A stretch of 53,684 bases of DNA from Intoshia linei (GCA_001642005.1 LWCA01000107.1:1-53684); one strand, 5' to 3'; counted from the first letter of the stretch, positions 39,346-52,849 are shown. Numbers and translations: made by a program. The notes: generated from the letters alone by a model not told the origin.

Positions 39346-39960
39346 CACTGCGCGACAAAACTATAGCACATTCATATAATTGTATGAATATTCTTTAAAA
39401 ATATGATTTTGTTAAAAAATTTATACCCTTTTATGCAACAGTGTATTGTTATACAAGAAACAAAAAATTAAAATCGTTTGTTAATTTTATCGAACTTAAA
39501 TATCAAATAAACTTTTTATTCAAATTTCAACTCGCGACAAAAGTGTGCTATATAAAGTAATTTTAAGATTTTTTATGGTCTGTTTCCAGTTTTGGTCATA
39601 TTTTTGGCAATTATTTTATAAAAAATATAGATCATTACATTAATAAACCAAAATATGCTTCGTGGAACCTTTTTTTCAGATTATGACAAAGGTCAAATTG
39701 ATGCTTTATTGGTTGAAGGAAAAGTTGTCACATATATTGCAAAATTCATCAGAAGAAGCCGCAAAGCCACATATAACTATATTAATAGATCAGGATCTCT
39801 GAATACAGCAGCAAAAATTAAAATTACCAGCAGACCTTCAAAATTAACATGTAAAGAAAGAAGAAGGATAATTAGAAAAGCCTCAAAATCCGTCTTATCA
39901 GCTAGACATAGAGAGACATAAGAGATGAGCTAGATTTGAATAGTTCTCTAAGGAAAATAC
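39346..39960 (+). mobile_element. Truncated Tc3/Tc1-like transposon (left end plus DNA-binding domain)
   Basis: TA|CACTGCGCGACAAAA terminus with an internal repeat CGCGACAAAA at ~39533; ORF 39655-39921 (MLRG..IAKFIRRSRKATYNY..RPSKLT..RRIIRKAS) resembles the Tc3 paired HTH; no catalytic domain. Confidence 0.8.
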
Positions 39961-40299
39961 AAAGAAACATTACTCAAAATTCTTACTCATTCAGAAATGT
40001 GGTGTCATTCAAACTCGATCTCAATGACGAAAAGCATCTCTCTCTGTCATCAATCTGATCGAGAGCTCTCTACATATGATATGCTTAATAAAACGAATTG
40101 GTTAAATGGAAATTCAATCGTTTACTTTAAAAAATGTATATGTTGAATGGAAAAAAACCCCAACATCAGTGAGTCAGGTTATATTTACTTAAAATTGAGT
40201 TATATATACAACATGATATACTTCATACAAATACATAAAATTAAATGTTTGTTAAAGTTTATTTACAAAAAAATATTAATAAAAAATTAATAATCTTAG

Positions 40300-40800
40300 A
40301 ATTTCTAATACTGTTTTTTGAGAATGATGTTTCATTGAGGCTTTCAGGGTCAAAAAGCCCAGTTACCCTTTTTTTTAAATAAAATGAATCATGTTATTTA
40401 AACAACGCGCGTATTAAAAATCCTCAGTAACTTAAACTTTTATGGTTATAATCACAAATTACTCTTTTTTTTAAATGAAAAAAGTCGTATAATTTTATAT
40501 AACATAAACTCTGTGATAGTTTATAAAATCGTAACCTCAAAAAAGTACATTTTCATGATCAAAACGCCAGATTACCCCTTTTTTACAAATAAAATGAGTT
40601 TTGGAATAATAAAAATAATTACAGCTAAAACGATTATAATCACAAAATTTTTTTAATATCATAAAATCACGTCTGTTAAATCAAAAAAACACTTTGGTAT
40701 TCATTTTTTTTATTTATTATTAATTTTAATAAAATTTAAATCGCAGAAATCTACGCATTCCTGATGAAAAATATTTTTTATAATAAAAATAATAAATAAA
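40300..40800 (+). repeat. Helitron-like family fragment
   Basis: AAAA(C/G)CC(C/A)..ATTACCC subrepeats and AAATCTACGCATTCCTGATGAAAAATA, the reverse of ~31975. Confidence 0.55.
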
Positions 40801-41642
40801 TTATAATAAATTTACATTATCAATAAATATTTTTCGAATTTTCCACTTAGGTTTAAAAGATATAATATAGAGAATATAGGAACCATAACTGATGTGGTGT
40901 TTATTTCGCTATTCTACTGATATTAATTTTTCCCCAATGTTGAGTTTTTTGGATTTTGACATAAATTTTAGTTATTTTTTGATGAACCGTGTTTTATATT
41001 TAAGATTATCAGATTACATGAGTAATAAACGTTCCGTAAAGACTTGAGTGAATAATCCATCTGCCGATTTTTTTTTCATTGATATGTACCAAAATTTGTA
41101 ATTTATATCGACAATCACTGTATCACATAAATTTTGAAAATTTTAATTGATATTATAAAAATTAAAAAAAAGTTTTTGAAATACATAATGTACATATAAT
41201 TGAAACTTCTCCCCTTAGTGCCGCGACTCCCGGTTGAGAAAACATAATCAAGATTTATACATAATTAGTATTAAATATTTCGCTGTCCCAGAAAAATGAT
41301 ACGGGCCATCGAGATCATTTGATCCCCTTTTCAGAGACACTGATATAATACATTAATTTAAAAAATTTTAGGAATGGGACACGTATTTTAAAATTATGGA
41401 ATAAGTGAAAAATATGAAAGTACCGATAGAAAAATTGGACATAATAATAACAGTGAAAAGAATGTATCAAATGAGACTGCAATATATTATCTACGTAACA
41501 ACTATCGTAAAGTAAAATTTTTGAAAATAAATCGCTAACTAACAAATAAAAAACAGTTGACCTATTATGAAAAATCTTTAATGTTTATTAAAAGTCGTTA
41601 ACTTGAATTTAAACCTATAATCAAAGGATTATAATGATTTTA

Positions 41643-42390
41643 TCCTTACTTACATAATGCTATTTTAATAAATATGATAATTATTTATTTAATTAAGCTA
41701 AAATACAATTAACATTTACATTTACAATTAATATTTACATTATTTAAAGATTCTTGAGTTATTGAGTGATAATTAGTATCTCTATAACTTTAGTAAAATG
41801 GTTAAAAATGTATGTCTGTTTATTAATTTGTTTGTTCTAGTTTATTTAAGAAAGTAAGGTGATTCGAGTTTCACAAATTCGATATTCTTATAGCCGTTTT
41901 TCCAGAGTGTTGTTTTATCGCAAATTTCAATTTCGGAAATTGAGTCCTTCAATGTTAAAAACCACAATTGTCCTTTGTTTTTAAATTCAAACCAGTCCTA
42001 GAATTATAAAAATTACACATTCTAATGAAAAGTTTTAAATTCATCAATATTATAATAATTTTTAATTTCAAAATCTTATATCTTCACGGCCAAAACCCTA
42101 AATTGCCCTTTTTTGTAAAAATTAAGAAAGTCTTATAATTTTATACTACATAATTTCTGGGATCGTTTTTAAATTCATAAGCATTGTCATAAATGGTAAT
42201 TTTCAGTCAAAAACCCAGATTACCCTTTTTTTTAAAAAGGAAAACAGCCCTAGAATTTAAAAAAATACATTTATATCCAGTTAGTACACACAAAAAATTT
42301 CAATCTAATTAAGTGACGTCTTCATAGTCAAAAAAGCACTTTAATATTCATTTTTTACTTGAAAACTATTTTATTAACAACAAAAAATTT
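41643..42390 (+). mobile_element. Helitron-like element, 5' portion
   Basis: Begins A|TCCTTACTTACATAATGC like the 32543 terminus; GTCTGTTT microsatellite-like tract and AAAACCACAA subrepeats. Confidence 0.6.
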
Positions 42391-42744
42391 AAAATAAGTA
42401 TGATATAATGATTATGTGATAATATAAACTGATGTAAACACATGTGGTTATTAATTTATGTTCATTTTCCCAAAGTGCAATGTGTATCGGATGCCCAACA
42501 GATAACTTGTGCAAATAAAATTTAGTGGATTACACATTAGAAACAATCAACGTATTGATTTTTAATATAACGTTGCAATATTATCATATAAAAGATCATT
42601 GTCTCGATATATATTTAGATCAATACACATATATTATATGTAACATTTTGATTGAAATTTAAATGACTTATTTTAATTGGGACTCGACACGTATTACATG
42701 AATATTAAACATTGTTTCACTATTAACTTTATTTTAAAATACAC

Positions 42745-44266
42745 ATGGCTGTTGTGAAATTTCCCAATATAACTTCGGCTGGGTATATAACAGAAACTAT
42801 ACAACAAAAATACATCAACGTGAATGATTTTAATGTGTACATTTCCTCTTTTATAATAATATTTTTATCTGAAATCGGTGACAAAACATTTTTTATCAAT
42901 GCCATATTGGCAATGAAAAATTCCAAGATTTTTGTATTCATTGGAGCAATGTTTTCATTAGCATTTATGACTATTATTGGAGGTACTTTTTTTACAATAC
43001 TCTTGATCATTCCTAGCTTTGTTCGGATATGCGACCAAAATCATTCCAACAATATACACTCTTGTTGTTTCGACAGTGCTATTTCTCATATTTGGTTTCA
43101 GAATGGTTTACGAAGGTTTTTATTTATTATCTAATACACCAGTCCTTTCCAAGCTTTTTGAATCGTAAATAAAACATCGCGACACCATATATTTATTAAT
43201 ACAATCAGCCGTAAGATATTGATGGAAAAGCATCAAATTCACGAGTTGGAATCTCTGAATAATTAAATGCAAAAAATGAAACCATTTAATTATGAGCATG
43301 TGTTTGTTTTGTATTATTAATTTAAATTTGAATATAATTAGCATATTACATGGATTCGGATGAATCCATAAATGAATATACAAATGTTCAACATCAAATT
43401 AAAAAAAATAGTGTAAGAAATTTAAAAAAATATACGTGTATTACATCTAGATTAAAAATGAAACTTATTCATTGGAATCTGGTAGCTTCAAAGGAACTAA
43501 AAAATTGATGAAAATTAATGTCTTTTCTGTTATATTACAATCTGCAAGTTTGACTTTTTTTGCTGAATGGGGAGATCGTTCTCAAATTGCTACTGTTTTG
43601 TTAGCAGCTTCTCACGTATTATTTTACTTTTAAAATAAATTACAGTCAAATTTCTCGTATATATCAAAGTTTTATTAGTTTAATTGGGGAAAAACGATTG
43701 AATAACCTATTTTAAACCGATGAATTGTATTTGAAGAACCATTTTCTAATTATAAATTTTAGAATGTGTATAAAGTAATAATTGGAGCCATTTGTGGACA
43801 CGCAATTTCTACATTTTTAGCAGTTATTGCAGGAAGTTTAATAGCTAAAAAACTCTCCATTAGATTTGGTAACTAATTCTGTAAACTTATAATCATGGAT
43901 AATGTTATATGTAATTTTTGAGGTGAGGGCAAAAAATAATATTGAATTATCTAATGATACAAACTTTAGGTAACCCTTGACTAGTTAATCAGGTATTTTC
44001 TGGTTTATATCTGCCGGTGACTTAAATTTTTTCTAATCATCCGTACCCATTCTAAATGTTTTATTTGAATATATGGGTGTATATTATCCACTGTATACTA
44101 TACACCCTAATAAAACCAGCTATATTAAAGATTATAAATGGTTACAATTCAAATCTATATTTTAATTTTATAATTTAATTTAGTAACCTTATGTGGAGGA
44201 TTTACTTTTCTTATTTTTTTTATTGTAAATACTGTAAATATTTATAAAATGTACACAAAAATGTAA
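42745..44266 (+). CDS. TMEM165: TMEM165/GDT1 (UPF0016) Golgi Ca2+/Mn2+ transporter
   Basis: Both UPF0016 motifs present, SEIGDKTF and AEWGDRSQ; later exons GAICGHAIST and VTLCGGFTF. Start codon uncertain. Confidence 0.92.
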
Positions 44267-44290
44267 TAAAAATGTACACATTAAAAATTT

Positions 44291-46173
44291 TCAACGAAAG
44301 ACTTTTCTCGAAGATAATTTGTTTATAATTTTTTTAGGTTTCTTCTCGGTGATTTTTATTTTTTGCATTATTCTAAATTCAAATTGTAAAAAATGTAAAA
44401 CGATTTAAACTTTTTCATAAAATGTGAATTTGGAGCTACTTCTGTTTTCATTTCTCCATCTTCGTCGTCACTTACTTGATGATGTTCAACCACCATTTTA
44501 TTTCCATTTTTCATTAATTTCTAAATAAAAAATTATTAAATTTTAGTCAATTCATTTTGATCTGTTCTACAATGTCATCTTAGGGTTCAATTTAACCACA
44601 AATTTTAACAAAATAATGACATTATAATTAAATTTAAGTCAACAATGTTTTTAATTGTCACATGAGCCTAGCGCATGTCGTAAACCTAGGATTAATCATA
44701 AATTTAAACCAGGGCACTTTTATTATTTTAGCTATTCATTGAACTAATAAAGGTATATAAAAGAAGTGATAATTTAAAAATATATATTTTAAAGATTCTT
44801 AATCGACATGAATAACAAAAATGCCATGTGACCAGGAGCGTGGCGAGTCAACACTGCCTATATTTGGTTAGATTACAATTATAGACAACAATATACAAAT
44901 TAAATTTTTTTTTGAAAATTGTACGATGCCACTAGATAGTAAATTATTGTCTATGTATCTTGACATAGTGGTTCTCATTAAAATTCTACCCGACTGTAAC
45001 TCTAAATTTGATAGTGTTTGCGATGTTAACTTTTAGTTTGCTTCGCATAATCAATTTCAACATGATCCGATAGAGTGTAGTTTTCAGACTTTAGGACCTA
45101 CTTTTAAAAAAAATATATTTTAACCTAGTGTTTCTCAACCTTTTTTAAGCTAGGCCCCACTTTTACTCTTAAAATAATACCGGCCTCACTGAAAAAAAAT
45201 TCGAGCGAATTATAATAAAATAATGATAAAAACTAATAATGTATTTATTTTTTAGAATTAATGAGACGATTGACCCTGACGATTCTGACAGAGTTTATTA
45301 ATATTAGGTACTAATGTTGTAAGCCTTAATCGTAGATCTCCTCTTTTTGAAATGTGTAGTCTATTTATTTTTTGTCAGTAAGTCTAAAACTGCACTAAAC
45401 CCGCATTCTGCTAAATAAGAGACTGGAAATGTCAACAAAGCAATCCTAGCAAAACTGGTTAAAGTCGGATAATTTTGCATGTACTCATCAATTTAGTTAA
45501 ATTTGAATTCAATAGCCCACGATCATTAAAGATATATTTGTTTTTTGTCATTCTAATAATTCAATAATACAATTAATTGGTTCAAGTATCACATAACCAC
45601 TTATAAACCTGAGAATATTGTATAAAATTAACAACAAATTAATCTAAAGTTTCATAATCCTATAAATTTGTAATATTTTCCAGACCCCACCAAATTTCCA
45701 ATGTCCTACCAGTGGGGCCTGGCCCTACGGTTGGGAAACACTGTTTTAACCCATTAATTTTAATAAATGATTTAAATCAATTATATGGATAAAAAATAAA
45801 TTATATTTTAAATTTTTGTATTTATATATTCACAAAACTTTACCTCAATGTAAGGATTAAATGATTGATAAGACATGCGACCAAATTTATATTCTTCACA
45901 TTGCATATATCCATCGTATTTTATAAACAGTTTTCTAAAGAAATTCATGTTAGTCACTATAATAGATCAAATATACTCGCCGGGTGCCCAATTTGGTAGA
46001 TTGAGTTTCCAATGTTCTTCATTTGTTACGATTTTAGAGATGATGGGTTGTTCTGATAATATTACACTGTTTTTCATAAACTAAATGAAACTAAATAAAT
46101 TTGACAAAAAATTTACTTTTAGGGAACGTAGGTTTTTAGAAACAAGTTTCAGGCGCGGTTTTTTAATTTCCAT
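44291..46173 (-). CDS. MPHOSPH6: M-phase phosphoprotein 6 (nuclear exosome cofactor)
   Basis: Spliced translation VSKNLRSLKFM..EEHWKLNLP..CEEYKFGRMSYQSFNPYIEKLM matches MPP6 motifs LSKNLLRMKFM, EEHWYLDLP and GRMSFRGFNPEVEKLM. Missed by the ORF track. Confidence 0.88.
45126..45743 (-). mobile_element. hAT (Charlie/Buster) deletion derivative in MPHOSPH6 intron
   Basis: TIRs TAGTGTTTCTCAACC / GGTTGGGAAACACTG; perfect TSD TTTTAACC; minus-strand remnant FPVSYLAECGFSAV..RGDLRLRLT..QSSH*. Confidence 0.9.
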
Positions 46174-47451
46174 TTCAACTATATTTTCACGTTGGATTTT
46201 GCAATGATGGATAATTTAATATGAATCGAATTTTATTATAATGAATTTATTATTGCATTATTATTTTTACGTCTTATGGAAGTACCAGTGCATGTAGTGT
46301 ACATTGTACAACAGAAGAATAAATCAGAATTTTCTAATGTAGAGATGTATGTCAAAAACCATACGATTTTTAAATGTGTAAAAATATGAATTATTGATGG
46401 TTCAACTATATTGGCTTAACATCCACATTTAGGATTAAATATTGAGTTAGTAAAGACTCTTGACTCAAAAGTAATTATCGTTTCAGACAATTTTAACAGA
46501 ATCGAATGAAACTTATCAAAATAGAAATAATCAACGAGTTACCTAGCTTAGCATAAATAAGATTGCTACAGTAATTACTCAAATCAAGTCAATTGAATGA
46601 AATCATAAGGTATTTTTCATTTACATTGTATAAATCGTATTCCGTAATAGTTAATCGTTTCATGTAAAAAAGGAATTTACTAATAGTGGGCAAGCAATCT
46701 TTGTGACTTTGAAAAATTAATTTAGAATCCAGGGAAAACCCTTAAAATAAATTTTCTGAATTAACCATTTTCCAGGACTTTGGAGGTACTCATGAACCAT
46801 GTTCAGAATGTCTACAAAAGTTTATAAAAATAATATGGTTATTAAAAAAATCGTATTGTACATTTTATCCAAAAGTTGGTAAGATACATTGATTTTTATT
46901 TGAAATTAACAGAAGCGAAAATTAGAGACCATTGATTTTGAAAAAAACCAGTATAAAAAATTCTTTTGGTTTGCTTTGTAACAAAATTTAGTCAATTCAT
47001 ATCTATCAGAAATCAGTATTTAATTATTTATTATAAATTTAGGCCAATTAATTGTTTTATTAATTGTTCAAACAATATGTTTTTTTAATTAACACTCACT
47101 TGTTTATTTTGGAATCATATCAACTAAAATCTAAATTTTAATTTTTTACTACTTTTTTTTATTTTGATGTGGGCTTTTTTAATTGAAGGTTTTCCAAAAC
47201 AAATAGTTGCCTTTTAATTAAATAAATTAAAATTAAATATATATGTACAGTAAAGTTTCAAAATATCAAAATATGTTTTCCAAATCTTTATGGGCCGTCG
47301 CTTTACAAATGTTGCTAAACAACAATACTTTGAGAAGCACAGGTACTGTTGACCACGATGTCAAATTAAGATGATTAAACTATAACTTGATTAAAATAAT
47401 TGGCAACGATTATATTTAAAAATATTTTAACCAAAAATCAATAGTGAGCAC

Positions 47452-48504
47452 ATGTCTAATTTCAGAATGCAAGAAAAAAACCACCAAAGTGTACAGCAAA
47501 GACCAATGCTAATCAAATATACATGCTTGTTCTTATTAACATTGCAAAACTGCTGTTTGATATTAATGATGGCATACTCTAGACAGAGATACGATGTTTC
47601 TACAGGGAAACTCTATTTTGTGTCAACTGCTGTAATGTTGTTTAAAGTAATTACTAATTTTATACTTTAGGTAGTTTTTGCAGAATTGGTGAAAATAATT
47701 ACATCAATCATTATTGTAGTTGTCCAACAAATTAGGGCATCTGAAAATATTTTTTCGCATTTCTACCAAGAATTATTTACAGACTATGTTGACTTTGTCA
47801 AAATATCTGTACCAGGAGTAATTTACATGATCCAGAACAATTTATCTTATATTGCCATTTCAAATTTGGATGCGACTACTTTTCAGGTAAGTTACCAACT
47901 GAAAATTTTAACAACCGGTCTTTTTTCAGTTATTTTACTTGGAAAAAAATTGACAATTAGACAATGGATCTCCCTTTTTCTATTATTTGTAGGAATATCC
48001 TTGGTCCAGCTAGACAACCCCACAATCCAAAATAGTATAGATTCAATTGACACTGAAAAGTCAAAATTTGTCGGTATATCGATGGTTGGGATTGTCTGTC
48101 TAACTTCTGGTTTTGCAGGAGTGTATTTTGAAAAAGTTCTTAAGGGATCCAACAAAACGTTATGGATACGAAACATACAAATGAGCGCTGTAGGTCTCAT
48201 ATCTGGAGTATTTCTCATGATGTACAGAGATTATGAAAACATTCAATTATTTGGCATTTTACATGGCTATGATTTTATTGTGTATACAATTATATTCTTA
48301 CAAGCCTTTGGAGGACTTTTAGTCGCCTGTGTTGTTAAATATGCTGATAATATTTTAAAAGGCTTTTCTACTTCCATTTCTATCATTTTATCCTGCTTAT
48401 TTTCCTTGTATATTTTCAACTATATTTTTGGATACATATTCATTTGTGGTGTTGGAATAGTTTCTTATTCTGTATATATGTATGCTAGATATGCTGCTGT
48501 ATAA
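47452..48504 (+). CDS. SLC35A2: Nucleotide-sugar transporter, UDP-galactose translocator-like (2 exons)
   Basis: YQLKILTT, SGFAGVYFEKVLK, LWIRNIQ, QAFGGLLVACVVKYADNILKGF; one ~39-nt intron at ~47632-47670. A2 versus A3 assignment is by eye. Confidence 0.88.
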
Positions 48505-48576
48505 TTTTAATTTACATTGAATTGTATTTTTTTATTAAAAGTTTTAATTTGAATTAATGTTTATTGTGATTAATTT

Positions 48577-51535
48577 ATGAAGAAGACAATATTTTTTGTA
48601 CAACGAAATAAATGCAGATTTATGTCAATGTTTTCCAAAATTGAAAAAGTGGACTTTAAGCCTATTCCAGCTTCATTTCCTTTGCCGAAATCAAACAGCG
48701 AAGCCGACTTTTTGGTATGTTTTTGTTAATTAATTTGTTTATCATTTATCATATCCATTATCGTACGTTATAGTACAAAATAGAATCTATCATACGTTTT
48801 CAAGTGAATGGCTCATTAACGAAAACAGGGCATATGTTTTCGATATCCGGTTGAGTACGCAGTTTTATATTTATGGTTCGAGGAAATACGAAATTTCCAG
48901 AAACCTGACGATAAATGAAAAGTAGGAAAAATATCTTTGCTGGCTAATTTGTCCTTGCATACATTTATATATGATGCCGGATAGCTAACGATTTTTGTGT
49001 GTTTACTTAATTGCATATAATCAATGTAAAGATTGAATCGATAAAGAACTTGTACACTCCGTCCAATAATTATAACAACACCATCATTTTGTTAATGACA
49101 ATTATATTTGTGGATTAAAATTTATGAAAATTGGCATGTTGGACATGCACAGTGTAAGGTTGTCATATTAAAAAAAATCAAAATTAACTAAAGTTTTTTA
49201 ATAACAACGTTAAAAATACAAAAACACGAGTGTCCATAAATTATAACAACACAACTGTTTATTAATTATGATTGTAATTATTAAGTTGAACAAGTACATG
49301 TGGCTTTTTCCAATTTTGATTTATTTATAATTACCACAATAACCAATGATGTGCTTTCCTTGAAATGATTGAAATTTTTGTAGGATTTGGCTTGATATGT
49401 GTTAATTTCGTAATCCAAATCAACATTTTTCATATTAGAAATTATATAACATTAAGTCACATCATTGGTTAATGTTTTTTTGCGGACTAGTTGATTTTCT
49501 TTGGCCCATGAATAAGCATTAGTCCATTCTTTAGTTTCTAATCTGGAATTACTTGAATATTGGAGATATTCTAAAAAATGAATATATTGATTAAATGTGC
49601 TATATTATGTTTAAACAAATAAATAATTACGTTTCCTATCTAGAGACCAAATCGATAAAATGTCCTTATATATTACACTAAAAAATTGATTCAGTGGAAT
49701 GCGCTCCCTAAAGGTCATTGGTCGTTTAATTACATCATTAGTGGCCTCTAGAGAATTGTTTGTTGATGGAATATTTAAAACTGCGCTCTCATACCAGCTT
49801 TTGCAAATCCATTGTTTAATAAAATACTGACAAAATTTAGTGTACTGATTCCACTTTGTCAGAAATAAATTCTTCGCGACGTTGTAGATATCAATCGACG
49901 AAGAAATTTGAAGAAAATTTATATCTCGACGAAGTTCTATTCTGTCACATTTAGGTATAACGCAAAAGCTAGTATGCTTCGTGATAGCTTTTATTATATG
50001 GAAAAAACAATATATTCTTTTTTCCATAATGAAAACTTCAAATGCTTTTGTAATTGCTGAAGAACTATCCGCTATTAAAACCCTTGGATCCATTAAACCA
50101 TTATTGTCACCAACTTCCTTAATCAATGATTGGAATAAAAATTTAAAATCATTCGATTTTTCATCTGTTGTAATCGCAATACCGCCAGGATGAAACTTTC
50201 GATTTATATCACTTCTACCTATCATTGATACTGGATACCCCTGATAAATCAGCTTGTACGTTGCGTCAGTTTGAAGGAAATGAGAATTGTTTATCAATTT
50301 TAAAAGTCGGGTGTAGAAAAAAATATTCTAATATTATTATCATTTGTTTGATAATTCACAACATAAGAAAAATCACAATTTTCAGGTATCTTGGTATTAG
50401 ATACACAGAATTGGTTGACATGATTTAAATTTATATCATATGGACCAAATTTTTTTTTCTTCAGAATGTGAAGAAAATTTACGATTCGAGATTATATGGG
50501 TAATACAACATTTCTTGATTATAAAATCCTCATTATTTGATGAGGTTTTTTACTTCCTTCGTTAAATAAATTAGATTTAATGTCTTTCAATTGATTTGTT
50601 AAACCTAATTGTGGTTTAGTATGTTTATGCTCACAAATGTAGTCATATATTGATACATCCATGTTTTTAGAGTGGTATAACAAATATTTAGTAGCTGGAC
50701 ATGCGTCAGGTCCTCTCCTCACAGATTCATTACAATAATAAAATATTTTATAACTTTCGTGAATTATTACGGTTTTTAATTTTCCAATGTCTTTCAGTGT
50801 ATTTTTTGCTTCTGTTTCAGATGCATACTTTTTATTTCATTTATAAAATTTTTTTTTTCTTTGATATTATTGTGTTCATAAATTTTTCTATCTGGTGATA
50901 AATCGTAATTTTAACAATCAGAAAGCATACGATAATTATATGATAATACAAATATAAGTTATAAAAAAGTTTATTTTATTGATGCAAAAATTTAAATTAA
51001 TTGACGCTTTATAATATTCAATTGCTAAGTTAAAAAAGTGCTATTTTAAATAATTTAAGTGCTAAATGTTGGAATTTAATTGACACTTTATAATATTTAA
51101 TTGCTAAGTGAAATAAGTTTTATTTTAAATAAATTAAGTGCTAAATGTCGAAATTAAATGACGCTTTAATTTTATTTCGTTTGTAACAAATGTTTTGTTT
51201 AAGGAATATTTCATTTAACGAACGTCGAAAATTGATAAACTCTGTTAATATTATGGGTCAATATAAATAGATTAATCGTGATTTATGGTTATTTTTACAT
51301 TTATAATATTTTCGTTAAATGAGATTTTGACTGTATCTAACAAACAAAGTGTTGTGTAAAGTTATTATAGATAAGTTTGTTTAAGAATTAAAATTAATTT
51401 ATCTATGTTTAGAAAAATCTCGCTCTATTTATGCTTCCGATATTGACATTTTTAATATTAACGACCAACGTTCGATGCAAAGGAAATTCATATAAATTAA
51501 TATTCATATCTAACAATTTTAAATGTATCAGTTGA
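48577..51535 (+). CDS. Possible small single-pass mitochondrial protein (exons 48577-48714 and 51413-51535, 86 aa)
   Basis: ATG-initiated basic presequence-like exon ending at a strong GTATGT donor; joins in phase to a TTTAG acceptor, giving one hydrophobic segment LALFMLPILTFLILT. The second exon is inferred. Confidence 0.4.
48790..49110 (-). mobile_element. Ty3/Gypsy reverse transcriptase remnant
   Basis: LYIDYMQLSKHT..SYP..DKLASKDIFPTFHLSSGFWKFRIS..KYKTAYST resembles CIDYRQLN..LDLASGFWQI..KTAFST. Confidence 0.7.
49282..51178 (-). mobile_element. Second, 3'-truncated MULE copy
   Basis: Near-identical reverse complement of ~33549-35375; breaks off in the SWIM finger; additional frameshifts in its 5' part. 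Confidence 0.92.
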
Positions 51536-51896
51536 CTAACTTCTTTTTCAAAATCTATATGCTTGAAAATAGGAATGACAGAAGTTACCCATTTTTTATA
51601 TAACAATTCCTGATCGTCTACATATATAAATAATGATTAACTTTGTGGAATTATATGTTATATCAGATGAGAAATCACTGAGATAATATTACAGTAATAA
51701 AACGTTAAATAATCCGTGTATGATTTCGATAATTTCGTGTATTATTCAATAACTTGGTGTATGAAAAAGAATTTACTCTTATTTATATACATATAATACA
51801 TGTATTACAAAAAAACTGCTGTTTATTTTAGTTGTTAACAGCTGCACTCGTTTCTGTTAAAATAAACATCACGCGCTGTTAAAACAAAAAAAACAG

Positions 51897-52065
51897 CACT
51901 GCTGTTACCAATCCTGATCATCAGACATAAAATGACGTTTTACTGATTTTTTAGAATGGGAGGCTCTTTTGTAGTTAGGTGCTTTTGTTTTTCCTAAGAA
52001 GAATTTTACTACATTAGTAAACGCCACCCAGGCATTCAATTCTGCAGATTTACAGATTATAATCT
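51897..52065 (-). mobile_element. Chapaev3-like transposase remnant with terminus
   Basis: Minus strand reads AELNAWVAFTNVVKFFLGKTKAPNYK (cf. AW..F..VV.NFLGN.KA.NY) and ends in CAGTG. Confidence 0.5.
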
Positions 52066-52244
52066 GTAAATAACTCAACATTTAAGGAATGAAAAAATTT
52101 ACAAAATATTATAATAAAGTGACACAAATTTTACTTGGGAAGGTTTTTCCCGTATGTAGGTAATTAATTATTTCTCTACAATGTGTATCTGATTTTTGAG
52201 ATTCAATGAGTAATAAATTATGTTTGCTGTTATGAATAGAAAAT

Positions 52245-52500
52245 AATGTTGATAGGGCATCCGCAGACAAATTTTGTTTACCAGGTCTATATGATATCTC
52301 AAAATCATACTCTTCGAGTAATTGTAATTATCTAAATTTTATTCTTGAAAGTTTGGATGATTCTCTTTAGCAAACTATAGGGTTATGTTTGGAAGGATGT
52401 AAAATTTTTTTCCGTGAAGATATTTATGGAACCGTTGTACTGCCCAGATAACTGCAAATAATTCTTTATCAATGACACTACAGTTTAATTGGTGTTAGAT
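52245..52500 (-). mobile_element. Ty3/Gypsy RNase H remnant
   Basis: SVIDKELFAVIWAVQRFHKYLHGKKF..LEEYDFEISYRPGKQNLSADALS, with frameshifts and stops. Confidence 0.85.
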
Positions 52501-52849
52501 AATTTATATTGTTAAACTCTTAATAAATTAATTATTGTTCACTTTAATTTTTTTATATATTTTGCATCGCCTAGTAAAAAAGTCAAATCGCCAACTAGTG
52601 GCCGATATCGTCCAAGTTGTGACACACTGCAGTAGACGCTATTCATAACATTTTTATGGTTTTGTAATGGAAAATGTTATACAATAATGTAAACGTTAAT
52701 TTTTTGATCTTTATTATTATATTTTTAAAATAATGTATAACGAGTCGTTATTAACGACACACAAAATAATTTGTTAATAATATTTAATTATATTATATAT
52801 TCAACATAATATTTTGTAATTTATATGTAAAGTCTTAAAGAATATTATA

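Noticed and set aside
40860-41545. Short ORF-like stretches between repeats
   Set aside because: Interrupted by stops, with no coherent splice model or recognisable motif.
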